DNA of 64,000 bases from Escherichia coli (GTDB lineage Bacteria; Pseudomonadota; Gammaproteobacteria; Enterobacterales; Enterobacteriaceae): NCBI RefSeq assembly GCF_046105845.1, contig NZ_CP151004.1; one strand, 5' to 3'. Shown piece by piece: positions 47,819 to 60,276 of the stretch; positions within the stretch are counted from its first letter, which is position 1; each line of letters starts with the position of its first letter. The position numbers and the translations under genes are program-made. The notes beneath the pieces are model-generated. The model was not told the DNA's origin. It did no database searches and worked only from the letters and a program-made list of their open reading frames with translations.

Positions 47819-47847
47819 TTGACACATTCGGGCGGAATTCATATGAT
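47819..47847 (+). promoter_or_regulatory. Sigma-70 promoter of the alaX-alaW tRNA operon (stringent-type)
   Basis: TTGACA-N17-TATGAT followed by GC-rich discriminator gccgcccg, about 30 nt upstream of alaX. Confidence 0.7.
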
Positions 47848-47879
47848 GCCGCCCGTCAACTCGACAAGCTTTACGTGAC

Positions 47880-47955
<76 letters not shown>

Positions 47956-47994
47956 AATTTTGCACCCAGCAAATTTGGTACGTAAACGCATCGT

Positions 47995-48070
<76 letters not shown>

Positions 48071-48079
48071 AATTTCCAA

Positions 48080-48105
48080 CCCTCGCTGCAAAGCGGGGGT
48101 TTTTT
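48080..48105 (+). terminator. Rho-independent terminator after alaW
   Basis: ccctcgct-gcaa-agcggggg hairpin followed by tttttt. Confidence 0.8.
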
Positions 48106-48277
48106 GTCTCTGCTTTTTGCCGCTTTTGTAATACAGTCTACGTCCGGGTTAGCGCCGCCTGGTGAAAGCATCATTGGATGAAAAATCGGCAACAGGCTGG
48201 CCCCTGTTTGCTTCGCGATGCGAATAAACTTATTATTTGTGTGCCTGAAAACCCCGATCAGTGAGAGTAGTGTACTC

Positions 48278-50467
48278 ATGTTTGTGGAGCATAACCTGAT
48301 AAAAAATATCAAGATATTCACACTAGCGTTTACGCTCACCGTGGTACTTATTCAGCTATCCCGTTTTATTTCGCCACTTGCCATTATCCATTCCAGTTAT
48401 ATCTTTCTGGCGTGGATGCCACTGTGCGTAATGCTGTCAATCTTGTTTATCTTTGGCTGGCGCGGTGTCGTTCCCGTTTTATGCGGGATGTTTTGCACCA
48501 ATCTGTGGAACTTTCATCTCTCTTTTTTACAGACCGCGGTCATGCTCGGCAGCCAGACGTTTGTGGTGTTGTGTGCCTGCGCAATATTACGCTGGCAGCT
48601 GGGGACGCGTTGGCGTTATGGATTGACCAGCCGATATGTCTGGCAACGTCTTTTCTGGCTTGGTTTGGTGACGCCGATCGGCATCAAATGCAGCATGTAT
48701 CTTGTGGGGAGCTTTTTTGATTTCCCGCTAAAGATATCCACCTTTTTCGGCGATGCGGATGCCATTTTCACAGTCGTTGATTTACTAAGCCTTTTCACCG
48801 CTGTGCTGATTTACAACATGCTTTTCTACTATCTCACTCGCATGATTGTAAGTCCCCACTTTGCGCAGATATTGTGGTGCAGGGATATCGCTCCGTCGTT
48901 GGGCAAAGAGAAACGCGCATTTACCTTAAGCTGGCTGGCAGCGTTAAGCGTGCTGCTACTTCTGCTGTGCACACCGTATGAAAATGACTTTATTGCCGGT
49001 TACCTGGTGCCCGTTTTCTTCATTATCTTTACCCTCGGGGTCGGTAAGCTCCGCTATCCGTTTTTAAATCTCACCTGGGCTGTTTCAACGCTTTGCCTTC
49101 TGAATTACAACCAGAACTTTTTGCAAGGGGTGGAAACCGAATATTCGCTGGCATTTATTCTCGCGGTGCTGATTTCCTTTAGCGTTTGCCTGCTCTATAT
49201 GGTGCGCATTTATCATCGCAGTGAATGGCTTAATCGCCGCTGGCATTTGCAGGCGCTGACCGATCCGTTAACGCTCCTACCCAACTTTCGTGCGTTAGAA
49301 CAAGCGCCGGAGCAAGAGGCGGGCAAGAGTTTTTGCTGCCTGCGCATTGATAATCTTGAGTTTATGAGTCGTCATTACGGCTTAATGATGCGCGTTCACT
49401 GTATCCGATCAATTTACCGTACGCTGCTGCCGTTGATGCAGGAAAACGAAAAGTTGTATCAATTGCCGGGTAGTGAACTGCTGTTAGTGCTGAGCGGGCC
49501 GGAAACGGAAGGGCGACTCCAGCATATGGTTAACATCCTGAATAGTCGGCAAATTCACTGGAACAATACCGGGCTGGATATGGGCTATGGTGCTGCCTGG
49601 GGGCGTTTTGATGGAAATCAGGAAACCCTGCAACCCTTGTTGGGGCAGTTAAGCTGGCTGGCGGAGCAATCCTGCGCACATCATCATGTGCTGGCGCTGG
49701 ATAGCAGAGAGGAGATGGTTTCCGGGCAGACCACTAAACAGGTGCTATTGCTGAATACCATTCGTACGGCGTTAGATCAGGGTGATTTGCTGCTCTACGC
49801 CCAGCCAATTCGCAACAAAGAGGGTGAAGGTTATGATGAGATCCTCGCGCGACTGAAATATGACGGCGGCATTATGACCCCGGATAAGTTTCTGCCCCTT
49901 ATTGCTCAGTTTAACCTTAGCGCGCGTTTTGATTTGCAAGTGCTGGAATCCTTGTTGAAGTGGCTGGCAACACACCCTTGCGACAAAAAAGGTCCGCGCT
50001 TTTCAGTCAATTTAATGCCGCTCACGCTGCTGCAAAAGAATATTGCCGGGCGGATTATTCGTCTGTTTAAGCGTTATCACATCTCCCCGCAGGCGGTCAT
50101 TCTTGAGATCACCGAGGAGCAGGCGTTTTCTAACGCAGAAAGCAGCATGTACAACATCGAGCAACTGCATAAGTTTGGCTTCCGGATTGCGATTGATGAC
50201 TTTGGCACCGGCTATGCCAACTACGAACGGTTAAAGCGTTTGCAGGCTGATATCATCAAAATTGATGGTGTCTTTGTGAAAGATATCGTCACGAATACGC
50301 TGGATGCGATGATTGTGAGATCAATTACCGATCTGGCGAAAGCGAAGTCATTGAGTGTGGTCGCGGAGTTTGTCGAGACGCAACAGCAGCAGGCGCTATT
50401 GCATAAGCTCGGGGTGCAATATCTGCAAGGGTATTTGATTGGTCGCCCGCAGCCATTAGCTGATTAA
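48278..50467 (+). CDS. pdeA: Cyclic-di-GMP phosphodiesterase PdeA (YfeA): N-terminal membrane sensor domain, degenerate GGDEF, EAL domain
   Basis: 729 aa MFVEHNLIKNIKIFTLAFTL..; C-terminal EAL signatures (..IAIDDFGTGYANYERL..); ORF-track extension (48218) rejected. Confidence 0.92.
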   Translation: MFVEHNLIKNIKIFTLAFTLTVVLIQLSRFISPLAIIHSSYIFLAWMPLCVMLSILFIFGWRGVVPVLCGMFCTNLWNFHLSFLQTAVMLGSQTFVVLCACAILRWQLGTRWRYGLTSRYVWQRLFWLGLVTPIGIKCSMYLVGSFFDFPLKISTFFGDADAIFTVVDLLSLFTAVLIYNMLFYYLTRMIVSPHFAQILWCRDIAPSLGKEKRAFTLSWLAALSVLLLLLCTPYENDFIAGYLVPVFFIIFTLGVGKLRYPFLNLTWAVSTLCLLNYNQNFLQGVETEYSLAFILAVLISFSVCLLYMVRIYHRSEWLNRRWHLQALTDPLTLLPNFRALEQAPEQEAGKSFCCLRIDNLEFMSRHYGLMMRVHCIRSIYRTLLPLMQENEKLYQLPGSELLLVLSGPETEGRLQHMVNILNSRQIHWNNTGLDMGYGAAWGRFDGNQETLQPLLGQLSWLAEQSCAHHHVLALDSREEMVSGQTTKQVLLLNTIRTALDQGDLLLYAQPIRNKEGEGYDEILARLKYDGGIMTPDKFLPLIAQFNLSARFDLQVLESLLKWLATHPCDKKGPRFSVNLMPLTLLQKNIAGRIIRLFKRYHISPQAVILEITEEQAFSNAESSMYNIEQLHKFGFRIAIDDFGTGYANYERLKRLQADIIKIDGVFVKDIVTNTLDAMIVRSITDLAKAKSLSVVAEFVETQQQQALLHKLGVQYLQGYLIGRPQPLAD

Positions 50468-50474
50468 CAGGCGT

Positions 50475-50506
50475 AAAAAAGCCGGGGAATGATCCCCGGC
50501 TTTTTT
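50475..50506. terminator. Bidirectional rho-independent terminator between pdeA (+) and nupC (-)
   Basis: aaaaaa-gccgggga-atga-tccccggc-tttttt; perfect 8-bp GC stem. Confidence 0.85.
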
Positions 50507-50516
50507 ATGTATGGTT

Positions 50517-51719
50517 TTACAGCACCAGTGCTGCGATTGACGCAGACAGCACACTCACCAGGGTAGAGCCGTAAACCAGTTTCAGACCGAAGCGAGAAAC
50601 CACGTTACCTTGCTCTTCATTCAGGCCTTTAACCGCACCAGCGATAATCCCGATAGAAGAGAAGTTAGCGAAGGAAACCAGGAACACAGAGATGATGCCT
50701 TCAGCACGCGGAGAGAGCGTGGAAGCAATTTTCTGCAGATCCATCATCGCAACGAACTCGTTGGAAACCAGTTTGGTCGCCATGATACTGCCCACTTGCA
50801 GTGCTTCACTGGAAGGAACACCCATCACCCATGCAATCGGATAGAAGATGTAGCCCAGGATGCCCTGGAAGGAGATGCTGTAGCCAAACCAGCCAGTCAC
50901 GGTGGCAAACAGTGCGTTCAGCGCGGCGATCAGGGCGATAAAGCCGATCAGCATCGCGGCAACGATAATGGCAACTTTGAAACCTGCCAGAATGTATTCA
51001 CCCAGCATTTCGAAGAAGCTCTGACCTTCGTGCAGGTTGGACATCTGGATGTTTTCTTCACTGGCATCAACACGGTAAGGGTTGATCAGCGACAGCACGA
51101 TAAAGGTGCTGAACATGTTCAGTACCAGCGCCGCAACGACGTATTTCGGTTCCAGCATGGTCATGTATGCACCAACGATGGACATCGACACGGTGGACAT
51201 CGCCGTGGCAGCCATGGTGTACATGCGATTGCGGGAGATTTTGCCGAGGATATCTTTATAGGCAATAAAGTTTTCAGACTGACCCAGAATCAGGGAGCTG
51301 ACGGCGTTAAAGGATTCCAGTTTGCCCATACCGTTGACTTTGGAGAGCAGGAAACCAATTGCGCGGATAATTACCGGCAACACGCGAATGTGCTGGAGAA
51401 TACCGATCAGTGCAGAGATAAAGACGATTGGGCACAGCACTTTCAGGAAGAAGAATGCCAGGCCTTGATCATTCATGCTACCAAAGACGAAGTTAGTCCC
51501 TTCGTTGGCAAATCCGAGCAGTTTTTCGAACATTTCGGAGAAGCCTTTCACGAAGCCTAAACCAACGTCGGAGTTCAGGAAGAACCACGCCAGTAACACT
51601 TCGATAACAAGCAGTTGAATAACATAACGGATACGAATTTTTTTGCGGTCGCTGCTTACCAGCAGTGCGAGAATCGCAACAACGGCAAGTGCCAGTACAA
51701 AATGAAGGACGCGGTCCAT
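50517..51719 (-). CDS. nupC: Nucleoside:H+ symporter NupC
   Basis: 400 aa [53 protein letters not shown]..; ORF-track extension rejected. Confidence 0.95.
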
Positions 51720-51984
51720 ATTTGCTCCAAATATGAGGCAGGTTAAATTTCCGTGCACATTCTATGTAACATGGTTAAGGAAAACGAGATCTGACACACA
51801 CTATAATGACGTCCTGTGACCAGCTTCAAAAATAGTGAGCTGTCATACATTTCTGCTATGTTGTGTATGGAAGCTGAAAGTTATGTAAATGTGCTAACAT
51901 TAAACATAACCATAACATTCAAGTCATCAATCTTTTCGTAGTCATAATCCTGGTCTATCAGAGAAATCACCACAACCCATTTAA

Positions 51985-52005
51985 ATGAATTTGATAATCA
52001 TTCTC
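51985..52005 (+). promoter_or_regulatory. Putative Fur box in mntH promoter
   Basis: tgaatttgataatcattctcg resembles Fur consensus GATAATGATAATCATTATC; about 50 nt upstream of mntH. Confidence 0.55.
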
Positions 52006-52020
52006 GTTTGGCATAGCATG

Positions 52021-52042
52021 AAACATAGCAAAGGCTATGTTT
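52021..52042 (+). promoter_or_regulatory. Putative MntR operator in mntH promoter
   Basis: Perfect inverted repeat aaacatagc-aaag-gctatgttt, 13 nt upstream of mntH start. Confidence 0.6.
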
Positions 52043-52045
52043 TAG

Positions 52046-53293
<1,248 letters not shown>

Positions 53294-53321
53294 TTCAACT
53301 GGCGTCGTACCAGGCATCACT

Positions 53322-53410
53322 GGCGGATGCGGCGTAAAACGCCTTATCCGCCCTATGCGTTAAAGAGACGGTTTGTAGGTCTGATAAGACGCGCTAGCGT
53401 CGCATCAGGC
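53322..53410. repeat. BIME: two REP palindromes between mntH and ypeC
   Basis: ggcggatgcggcgtaaaacgccttatccgcc and gtaggtctgataagacgcgctagcgtcgcatcaggc. Confidence 0.85.
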
Positions 53411-53434
53411 ATTGTGCTCCATTGGCGAATGTGT

Positions 53435-53761
53435 TTAATGGCGGTGTCCATGTCCGCGGCCTTTTCCACGATGATCGTCACGATCGCGCCAGCCTTCACG
53501 ATAGCCACGCTCATACGCTTTACGCTTATCCCAGCCACGATGGTAGCCATTATCATGACGCCACCAGCGGTTCTTACGCCATTCATAATTGCGATGCCAG
53601 TAGTCACGGTCGCGCCAGTGACCACCGTCCCAGTAATTACCGTAATGATCGCGATCGCCAATTTGTAATTTGATTGATGGCAGTAGGGTGATTTCACCTG
53701 CGTTTGCCGCAAGCGGGGTAAATGCCATCAGGGCGGCCGCCAGAAACAGTGACCTGAACAT
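53435..53761 (-). CDS. ypeC: Secreted basic repeat protein YpeC (DUF2502)
   Basis: 108 aa [21 protein letters not shown].. signal peptide then periodic H/R/D/W-rich repeats ([29 protein letters not shown]..). Confidence 0.88.
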
Positions 53762-53875
53762 TGTTATTCTCCTTCACGATCGAAGCCGTCAGCGGCCTGT
53801 TAACGCAATATTACGGGGAGGTAAAGCCCCGTATCATCGCCATAACTCTTAAATCATAAAGGAGAGCATTTTTTG

Positions 53876-55132
53876 CTAAACGTTATCGTGGGGGGGCTGT
53901 TGCTTCGGACGATTGACCATCATCATCGGCTTACCTGCTAATAACAGCCATGCCGGAAGCATGACGATACAGAGCAGCGGTAGCAATGTGGTATTGGGTA
54001 CAACGACTGCCGCCATAAAAAGACTTAACCAGCCATCGCGTGTTACCACCAGCACGATGCCGAGAATAGCGCAGGAAACGGTTATTGCCGCTGGAACGGC
54101 GGGAACGTGCTCATGCAGCATCAACCCTAATGCCACCCCGACAAACACTGCCGGGAAGATTCGCCCACCGCGAAAGCCACTGGCGGCAGCAACGACCAGG
54201 GCGGCAAGTTTAATTACCGCCAGCAAAAAGTAATCGCTGGTGCTGAAAGCCTGATTTGCCACCATCTGCTGCATCTCATCCAGCCCTTTAAACAGCGAAA
54301 CTGGTCCACCCATAACCCCCAGAATACCGAGAATAAATCCGCCAATACCCAGCACGAGCACCGGATTTTTCATTTGATGCATCATCGCGTGCAACCGTGG
54401 TAAGCACCATACGGCGACCATCCCTGCTGCGATGGCAATCGCCGCGACAATTGCACCGCTGAGAATATCGGTCATTTCCATTTTTCCGTAATGCGCAATG
54501 GGCAGTGAAAAATGGGGATGGAAAAATAATCCGGTAGTAAGTGCACCAGCTGCTGCCGCCATTAACGGCGCAAAAAGACGATCCCATAGCGGAACTTCAC
54601 TACTACCATTTAAGGTTTGCGAAAATATCAACGCCGCCGCAACAGGTGTGCCAAACAGTGCGCCGATGGTGCCGGCAGAGGCTAAAATAGTCCACTCCAT
54701 TCGGTTGACGCGCGGTAACAGACGAGCGCCAATGGCAACCGCAAGGGCGATATTGACGGTCATGATCGGATGTTCCGGCCCCAGGCTGACGCCGCCAGCA
54801 AGACCGAGAATTAATGCTACGATAAGTCCAGGTAGCGCAGAGGGCGGAACCGGTGCGCCGATCAGCGGTTCACAGGCGGGGTCTGGTCCAGCATGCCCCT
54901 GGCTGAAACGGATAACCAACCCCACCGCAATACCTGTTAGCGTTAATATGGCGATGATCCAGAAAGGTGAATCCTGAGCTATCCCCAGAGTTCCCGGCAG
55001 TCGTTGCCAGAGCAAATTCTGTAATACCGAGGCGATTTTCATCACCACAATCAGAATAAGACTGGACGCAATCCCAATTGCCACGGCGGGGAGCGATAAT
55101 AACAACATGGTTCTGGCTCGCGGATGGAGCAT
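53876..55132 (-). CDS. yfeO: Putative ion-transport membrane protein YfeO (ClC channel-like)
   Basis: 418 aa polytopic membrane protein [32 protein letters not shown].. Confidence 0.9.
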   Translation of the reverse strand: MLHPRARTMLLLSLPAVAIGIASSLILIVVMKIASVLQNLLWQRLPGTLGIAQDSPFWIIAILTLTGIAVGLVIRFSQGHAGPDPACEPLIGAPVPPSALPGLIVALILGLAGGVSLGPEHPIMTVNIALAVAIGARLLPRVNRMEWTILASAGTIGALFGTPVAAALIFSQTLNGSSEVPLWDRLFAPLMAAAAGALTTGLFFHPHFSLPIAHYGKMEMTDILSGAIVAAIAIAAGMVAVWCLPRLHAMMHQMKNPVLVLGIGGFILGILGVMGGPVSLFKGLDEMQQMVANQAFSTSDYFLLAVIKLAALVVAAASGFRGGRIFPAVFVGVALGLMLHEHVPAVPAAITVSCAILGIVLVVTRDGWLSLFMAAVVVPNTTLLPLLCIVMLPAWLLLAGKPMMMVNRPKQQPPHDNV

Positions 55133-55335
55133 GTTCTATTCCTTATGCGGGGTCAGATACTTAGTTTGCCCAGCTTGCAAAAAGGCATCGCTGCAATTGG
55201 TGCTGAAACGATAAAGTAATTGTGTGACCCAGATCGATATTTACAGGGAGCCTGCCTTTCCGGCGTTGTTGTTATGCCCCCAGGTATTTACAGTGTGAGA
55301 AAGAATTATTTTGACTTTAGCGGAGCAGTTGAAGA

Positions 55336-56301
55336 ATGACAAAGTATGCATTAGTCGGTGATGTGGGCGGCACCAACGCACGTCTTGCTCTGTGTGATAT
55401 TGCCAGTGGTGAAATCTCGCAGGCTAAGACCTATTCAGGGCTTGATTACCCCAGCCTCGAAGCGGTCATTCGCGTTTATCTTGAAGAACATAAGGTCGAG
55501 GTGAAAGACGGCTGTATTGCCATCGCTTGCCCAATTACCGGTGACTGGGTGGCAATGACCAACCATACCTGGGCGTTCTCAATTGCCGAAATGAAAAAGA
55601 ATCTCGGTTTTAGCCATCTGGAAATTATTAACGATTTTACCGCTGTATCGATGGCGATCCCGATGCTGAAAAAAGAGCATCTGATTCAGTTTGGTGGCGC
55701 AGAACCGGTCGAAGGTAAGCCTATTGCGGTTTACGGTGCCGGAACGGGGCTTGGGGTTGCGCATCTGGTCCATGTCGATAAGCGTTGGGTAAGCTTGCCA
55801 GGCGAAGGCGGTCACGTTGATTTTGCGCCGAATAGTGAAGAAGAGGCCATTATCCTCGAAATACTGCGTGCAGAAATTGGTCATGTTTCGGCGGAACGCG
55901 TGCTTTCTGGCCCAGGACTGGTGAATTTGTATCGCGCAATTGTTAAAGCCGACAACCGCCTGCCAGAAAATCTCAAGCCAAAAGATATTACCGAACGCGC
56001 GCTGGCTGACAGCTGCACCGATTGCCGCCGTGCGTTGTCGCTGTTTTGCGTCATTATGGGCCGTTTTGGCGGCAATCTGGCGCTCAATCTCGGGACATTT
56101 GGCGGCGTGTTTATTGCGGGTGGTATCGTGCCGCGCTTCCTTGAGTTCTTCAAAGCCTCTGGTTTCCGTGCCGCATTTGAAGATAAAGGGCGCTTTAAAG
56201 AATATGTCCATGATATTCCGGTGTATCTCATCGTCCATGACAATCCGGGTCTTCTCGGTTCCGGTGCACATTTACGCCAGACCTTAGGCCACATTCTGTA
56301 A
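55336..56301 (+). CDS. glk: Glucokinase Glk
   Basis: 321 aa [35 protein letters not shown].. Confidence 0.97.
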   Translation: MTKYALVGDVGGTNARLALCDIASGEISQAKTYSGLDYPSLEAVIRVYLEEHKVEVKDGCIAIACPITGDWVAMTNHTWAFSIAEMKKNLGFSHLEIINDFTAVSMAIPMLKKEHLIQFGGAEPVEGKPIAVYGAGTGLGVAHLVHVDKRWVSLPGEGGHVDFAPNSEEEAIILEILRAEIGHVSAERVLSGPGLVNLYRAIVKADNRLPENLKPKDITERALADSCTDCRRALSLFCVIMGRFGGNLALNLGTFGGVFIAGGIVPRFLEFFKASGFRAAFEDKGRFKEYVHDIPVYLIVHDNPGLLGSGAHLRQTLGHIL

Positions 56302-56314
56302 CTCCTTCCTGTTA

Positions 56315-56345
56315 TATCGGGAGGTAACTCTCCCGATAATCTTTT
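56315..56345 (+). terminator. Rho-independent terminator after glk
   Basis: tatcgggag-gtaact-ctcccgata hairpin followed by atctttt. Confidence 0.75.
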
Positions 56346-56519
56346 AAATCATACAGTTAATTCAATTTTCCTTTGTGTCCCCTCACAAGGCCGACCTGCG
56401 TCACACTTCCGTACAGCGGGATTAATTCTCCAGTAAATGCATTATTTGTCTGGTAACGGCGATTTGTTTTGCACGTTCATAATTTCACTCGTCAACTATC
56501 ACTGAACGAGGAATTAACG

Positions 56520-56846
56520 ATGAGTAAGAAACTGATTGCCTTATGTGCCTGCCCGATGGGCCTGGCTCACACCTTTATGGCCGCTCAGGCGCTGGAAGAA
56601 GCGGCGGTAGAAGCCGGTTATGAAGTGAAAATTGAAACCCAGGGTGCGGACGGCATCCAGAACCGCCTGACGGCGCAGGATATCGCCGAAGCGACCATCA
56701 TCATCCACTCCGTGGCGGTTACCCCGGAAGATAACGAACGTTTCGAATCACGCGACGTTTATGAAATCACTTTGCAGGACGCAATTAAAAATGCTGCGGG
56801 CATCATCAAAGAAATCGAAGAGATGATTGCCTCTGAACAACAGTAA
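56520..56846 (+). CDS. fryB: PTS fructose-like EIIB component FryB
   Basis: 108 aa MSKKLIALCACPMGLAHTFMAAQALEEAA.. (EIIB-Fru-type CxxC phosphorylation site); ORF-track extension rejected. Confidence 0.92.
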   Translation: MSKKLIALCACPMGLAHTFMAAQALEEAAVEAGYEVKIETQGADGIQNRLTAQDIAEATIIIHSVAVTPEDNERFESRDVYEITLQDAIKNAAGIIKEIEEMIASEQQ

Positions 56847-56867
56847 TATTCGACAGGGATAATTGTT

Positions 56868-58115
56868 ATGGCCATTAAAAAACGCAGTGCAACCGTTGTG
56901 CCTGGCGCATCCGGTGCGGCAGCGGCAGTTAAGAATCCGCAGGCCTCTAAAACCAGCTTCTGGGGTGAACTCCCGCAGCATGTGATGTCAGGGATTTCAC
57001 GCATGGTGCCGACCTTAATTATGGGCGGTGTGATCCTCGCTTTCAGCCAGCTGATTGCTTATAGCTGGCTTAAAATTCCTGCTGAGATCGGCATCATGGA
57101 TGCTCTTAATAGCGGGAAATTCTCCGGTTTCGACCTCTCCTTACTTAAATTTGCCTGGCTGTCGCAGTCCTTCGGCGGCGTGTTGTTTGGTTTCGCCATT
57201 CCGATGTTTGCTGCATTTGTGGCGAACTCTATAGGTGGCAAACTGGCGTTTCCGGCTGGTTTTATCGGCGGCTTGATGTCTACCCAGCCGACGCAACTGC
57301 TGAACTTCGATCCCAGCACTATGCAATGGGCGACCTCTTCGCCGGTGCCGTCCACCTTCATTGGTGCGCTGATTATTTCTATCGTTGCCGGTTACCTTGT
57401 GAAATGGATGAACCAGAAAATCCAGTTACCGGATTTCCTGTTAGCGTTCAAAACCACATTTTTGCTACCGATTCTTTCCGCCATTTTTGTCATGCTGGCG
57501 ATGTACTACGTCATCACCCCCTTTGGCGGCTGGATCAACGGCGGTATTCGTACCGTGCTGACTGCCGCAGGTGAGAAGGGCGCGCTGATGTACGCGATGG
57601 GGATCGCCGCGGCGACAGCAATCGACCTTGGTGGCCCGATCAACAAAGCCGCAGGTTTCGTTGCCTTCAGCTTTACCACGGACCACGTATTACCGGTCAC
57701 CGCACGTTCTATCGCTATCGTTATTCCGCCGATTGGTCTGGGTCTGGCGACCATTATTGACCGTCGTTTAACCGGCAAACGCCTGTTCAGTGCTCAGCTT
57801 TATCCGCAGGGTAAAACCGCCATGTTCCTGGCCTTTATGGGGATCAGTGAAGGTGCGATTCCGTTTGCACTGGAAAGCCCCATCACCGCCATTCCGTCGT
57901 ATATGGTCGGCGCGATTGTCGGCTCAACCGCCGCTGTCTGGCTGGGCGCAGTGCAATGGTTCCCGGAATCCGCTATCTGGGCATGGCCACTGGTCACTAA
58001 CCTCGGCGTCTACATGGCGGGGATCGCGCTGGGGGCAGTCATAACTGCGCTGATGGTGGTGTTCCTGCGTCTGATGATGTTCCACAAAGGTAAATTGTTA
58101 ATCGATAGCCTGTAA
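56868..58115 (+). CDS. fryC: PTS fructose-like EIIC component FryC
   Basis: 415 aa polytopic membrane protein. Confidence 0.93.
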   Translation: MAIKKRSATVVPGASGAAAAVKNPQASKTSFWGELPQHVMSGISRMVPTLIMGGVILAFSQLIAYSWLKIPAEIGIMDALNSGKFSGFDLSLLKFAWLSQSFGGVLFGFAIPMFAAFVANSIGGKLAFPAGFIGGLMSTQPTQLLNFDPSTMQWATSSPVPSTFIGALIISIVAGYLVKWMNQKIQLPDFLLAFKTTFLLPILSAIFVMLAMYYVITPFGGWINGGIRTVLTAAGEKGALMYAMGIAAATAIDLGGPINKAAGFVAFSFTTDHVLPVTARSIAIVIPPIGLGLATIIDRRLTGKRLFSAQLYPQGKTAMFLAFMGISEGAIPFALESPITAIPSYMVGAIVGSTAAVWLGAVQWFPESAIWAWPLVTNLGVYMAGIALGAVITALMVVFLRLMMFHKGKLLIDSL

Positions 58116-58129
58116 GAAGGACAATCCTG

Positions 58130-59215
58130 ATGACATTACTCGCTTCGCTGCGCGACTGGCTTAAGGAGCAACAACTGGATGCGGTGCTTCTCTCCTCACG
58201 GCAGAACAAACAGCCGCATCTGGGGATCTCCACCGGATCAGGCTATGTGGTGATTAGCCGTGTAAGTGCGCACATTCTGGTGGATTCGCGCTACTACGCG
58301 GATGTCGAAGCCCGCACGCAAGGCTACCAGCTGCATTTGCTTGACGCGACGAACACGCTTACCACTATCGTCAATCAAATCATTGCCGATGAGCAGTTGC
58401 AAGCGCTCGGTTTTGAAGGCCAGCAGGTATGTTGGGAAACCGCGCACCGCTGGCAGTCTGAACTCAATGCGAAACTGGTTAGCGCCACGCCGGATGTGCT
58501 GCGGCAAATCAAAACGCCAGAGGAGGTGGAGAAAATCCGCCTCGCCTGTGGGATTGCCGATCGCGGTGCTGAGCATATTCGCCGCTTTATTCAGGCGGGG
58601 ATGAGCGAGCGCGAGATAGCCGCTGAACTGGAGTGGTTTATGCGCCAGCAGGGCGCAGAAAAAGCCTCTTTCGATACCATTGTCGCCAGCGGCTGGCGTG
58701 GGGCGCTGCCGCACGGCAAAGCCAGCGACAAGATTGTTACAGCGGGCGAGTTTGTCACTCTCGATTTCGGTGCGCTGTATCAGGGCTACTGCTCTGATAT
58801 GACGCGCACCTTGCTGGTGAATGGCGAAGGGGTGAGCGCCGAATCTCACCCGCTGTTTAACGTCTATCAAATTGTCCTGCAGGCACAGCTCGCAGCAATC
58901 TCCGCGATTCGCCCCGGCGTGCGCTGCCAGCAGGTTGACGACGCCGCGCGCCGGGTCATTACAGAAGCAGGTTATGGCGACTATTTCGGTCATAACACCG
59001 GTCATGCTATCGGCATTGAAGTCCATGAAGAGCCGCGTTTTTCACCGCGGGATACCACGACGCTACAGCCAGGCATGTTACTGACCGTGGAGCCGGGGAT
59101 TTATTTGCCAGGGCAAGGGGGCGTGCGCATCGAAGATGTTGTGCTGGTCACCCCGCAAGGCGCAGAAGTGCTCTACGCCATGCCGAAAACAGTGTTGCTC
59201 ACGGGAGAGGCATAA
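58130..59215 (+). CDS. ypdF: Xaa-Pro aminopeptidase-family metallopeptidase YpdF (M24)
   Basis: 361 aa with pita-bread fold motifs (..[13 protein letters not shown]..). Confidence 0.92.
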   Translation: MTLLASLRDWLKEQQLDAVLLSSRQNKQPHLGISTGSGYVVISRVSAHILVDSRYYADVEARTQGYQLHLLDATNTLTTIVNQIIADEQLQALGFEGQQVCWETAHRWQSELNAKLVSATPDVLRQIKTPEEVEKIRLACGIADRGAEHIRRFIQAGMSEREIAAELEWFMRQQGAEKASFDTIVASGWRGALPHGKASDKIVTAGEFVTLDFGALYQGYCSDMTRTLLVNGEGVSAESHPLFNVYQIVLQAQLAAISAIRPGVRCQQVDDAARRVITEAGYGDYFGHNTGHAIGIEVHEEPRFSPRDTTTLQPGMLLTVEPGIYLPGQGGVRIEDVVLVTPQGAEVLYAMPKTVLLTGEA

Positions 59216-60252
59216 TGGATTTATCGTTATTAAAAGCGTTGAGCGAGGCAGATGCGATAGCCTCCTCGGAACAGGAAGTACGGCAGATCCTGCTGGAAGA
59301 AGCGGATCGCCTGCAAAAAGAAGTGCGATTTGATGGGCTGGGATCGGTGCTGATCCGCCTCAATGAATCGACAGGTCCGAAGGTGATGATCTGTGCGCAT
59401 ATGGACGAAGTGGGATTTATGGTGCGCAGCATCTCCCGCGAAGGGGCGATCGATGTGTTGCCGGTTGGCAATGTACGCATGGCTGCCCGCCAGCTTCAGT
59501 CGGTGCGTATCACTACCCGTGAAGAGTGCAAAATTCCAGGCCTACTTGACGGCGACCGGCAGGGGAATGATGTCAGCGCCATGCGCGTGGACATTGGTGC
59601 GCGCTCGTATGACGAAGTGATGCAGGCGGGAATTCGTCCAGGCGATCGCGTCACCTTTGATACAACTTTTCAGGTTCTCCCTCACCAGCGGGTGATGGGG
59701 AAAGCCTTTGATGATCGCCTCGGTTGCTATCTGCTGGTGACGTTACTACGTGAGCTGCACGACGCCGAACTGCCTGCGGAGGTGTGGCTGGTGGCAAGTT
59801 CCAGCGAAGAGGTGGGATTACGCGGCGGGCAAACTGCCACCCGCGCGGTGTCGCCGGACGTCGCCATTGTGCTTGATACCGCCTGCTGGGCGAAAAACTT
59901 TGATTATGGCGCGGCTAACCATCGTCAGATTGGTAACGGGCCGATGCTGGTGTTAAGCGATAAATCGCTGATTGCGCCGCCAAAACTTACCGCGTGGATT
60001 GAAACCGTGGCGGCAGAAATTGGCGTGCCGTTGCAGGCGGATATGTTCAGCAACGGTGGCACGGACGGTGGGGCGGTGCACTTAACCGGCACTGGCGTAC
60101 CCACAGTGGTGATGGGGCCTGCCACCCGCCACGGACATTGCGCGGCATCGATTGCCGATTGTCGCGACATTTTGCAGATGCAGCAACTTTTATCTGCCCT
60201 TATTCAACGTCTTACGCGTGAGACGGTTGTTCAACTGACGGATTTCAGATGA
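59215..60252 (+). CDS. ypdE: M42-family aminopeptidase YpdE
   Basis: 345 aa; start overlaps ypdF stop. Confidence 0.92.
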   Translation: MDLSLLKALSEADAIASSEQEVRQILLEEADRLQKEVRFDGLGSVLIRLNESTGPKVMICAHMDEVGFMVRSISREGAIDVLPVGNVRMAARQLQSVRITTREECKIPGLLDGDRQGNDVSAMRVDIGARSYDEVMQAGIRPGDRVTFDTTFQVLPHQRVMGKAFDDRLGCYLLVTLLRELHDAELPAEVWLVASSSEEVGLRGGQTATRAVSPDVAIVLDTACWAKNFDYGAANHRQIGNGPMLVLSDKSLIAPPKLTAWIETVAAEIGVPLQADMFSNGGTDGGAVHLTGTGVPTVVMGPATRHGHCAASIADCRDILQMQQLLSALIQRLTRETVVQLTDFR

Positions 60253-60276
60253 TCTCCTGATTAACCCGGAGCGGTT

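Noticed and set aside
51815-51830. Possible CRP half-site pair (tgtgac-cagctt-caaa) in the nupC upstream region
   Set aside because: Only one half matches TGTGA-N6-TCACA well and its position relative to the nupC start could not be fixed by eye; too weak to list as a feature.
53327-53712. ORFs of 113-119 aa overlapping ypeC in other frames and strand
   Set aside because: Artefact of the low-complexity repeat DNA encoding YpeC's periodic charged repeats; the ypeC frame has the signal peptide and is the conserved one.
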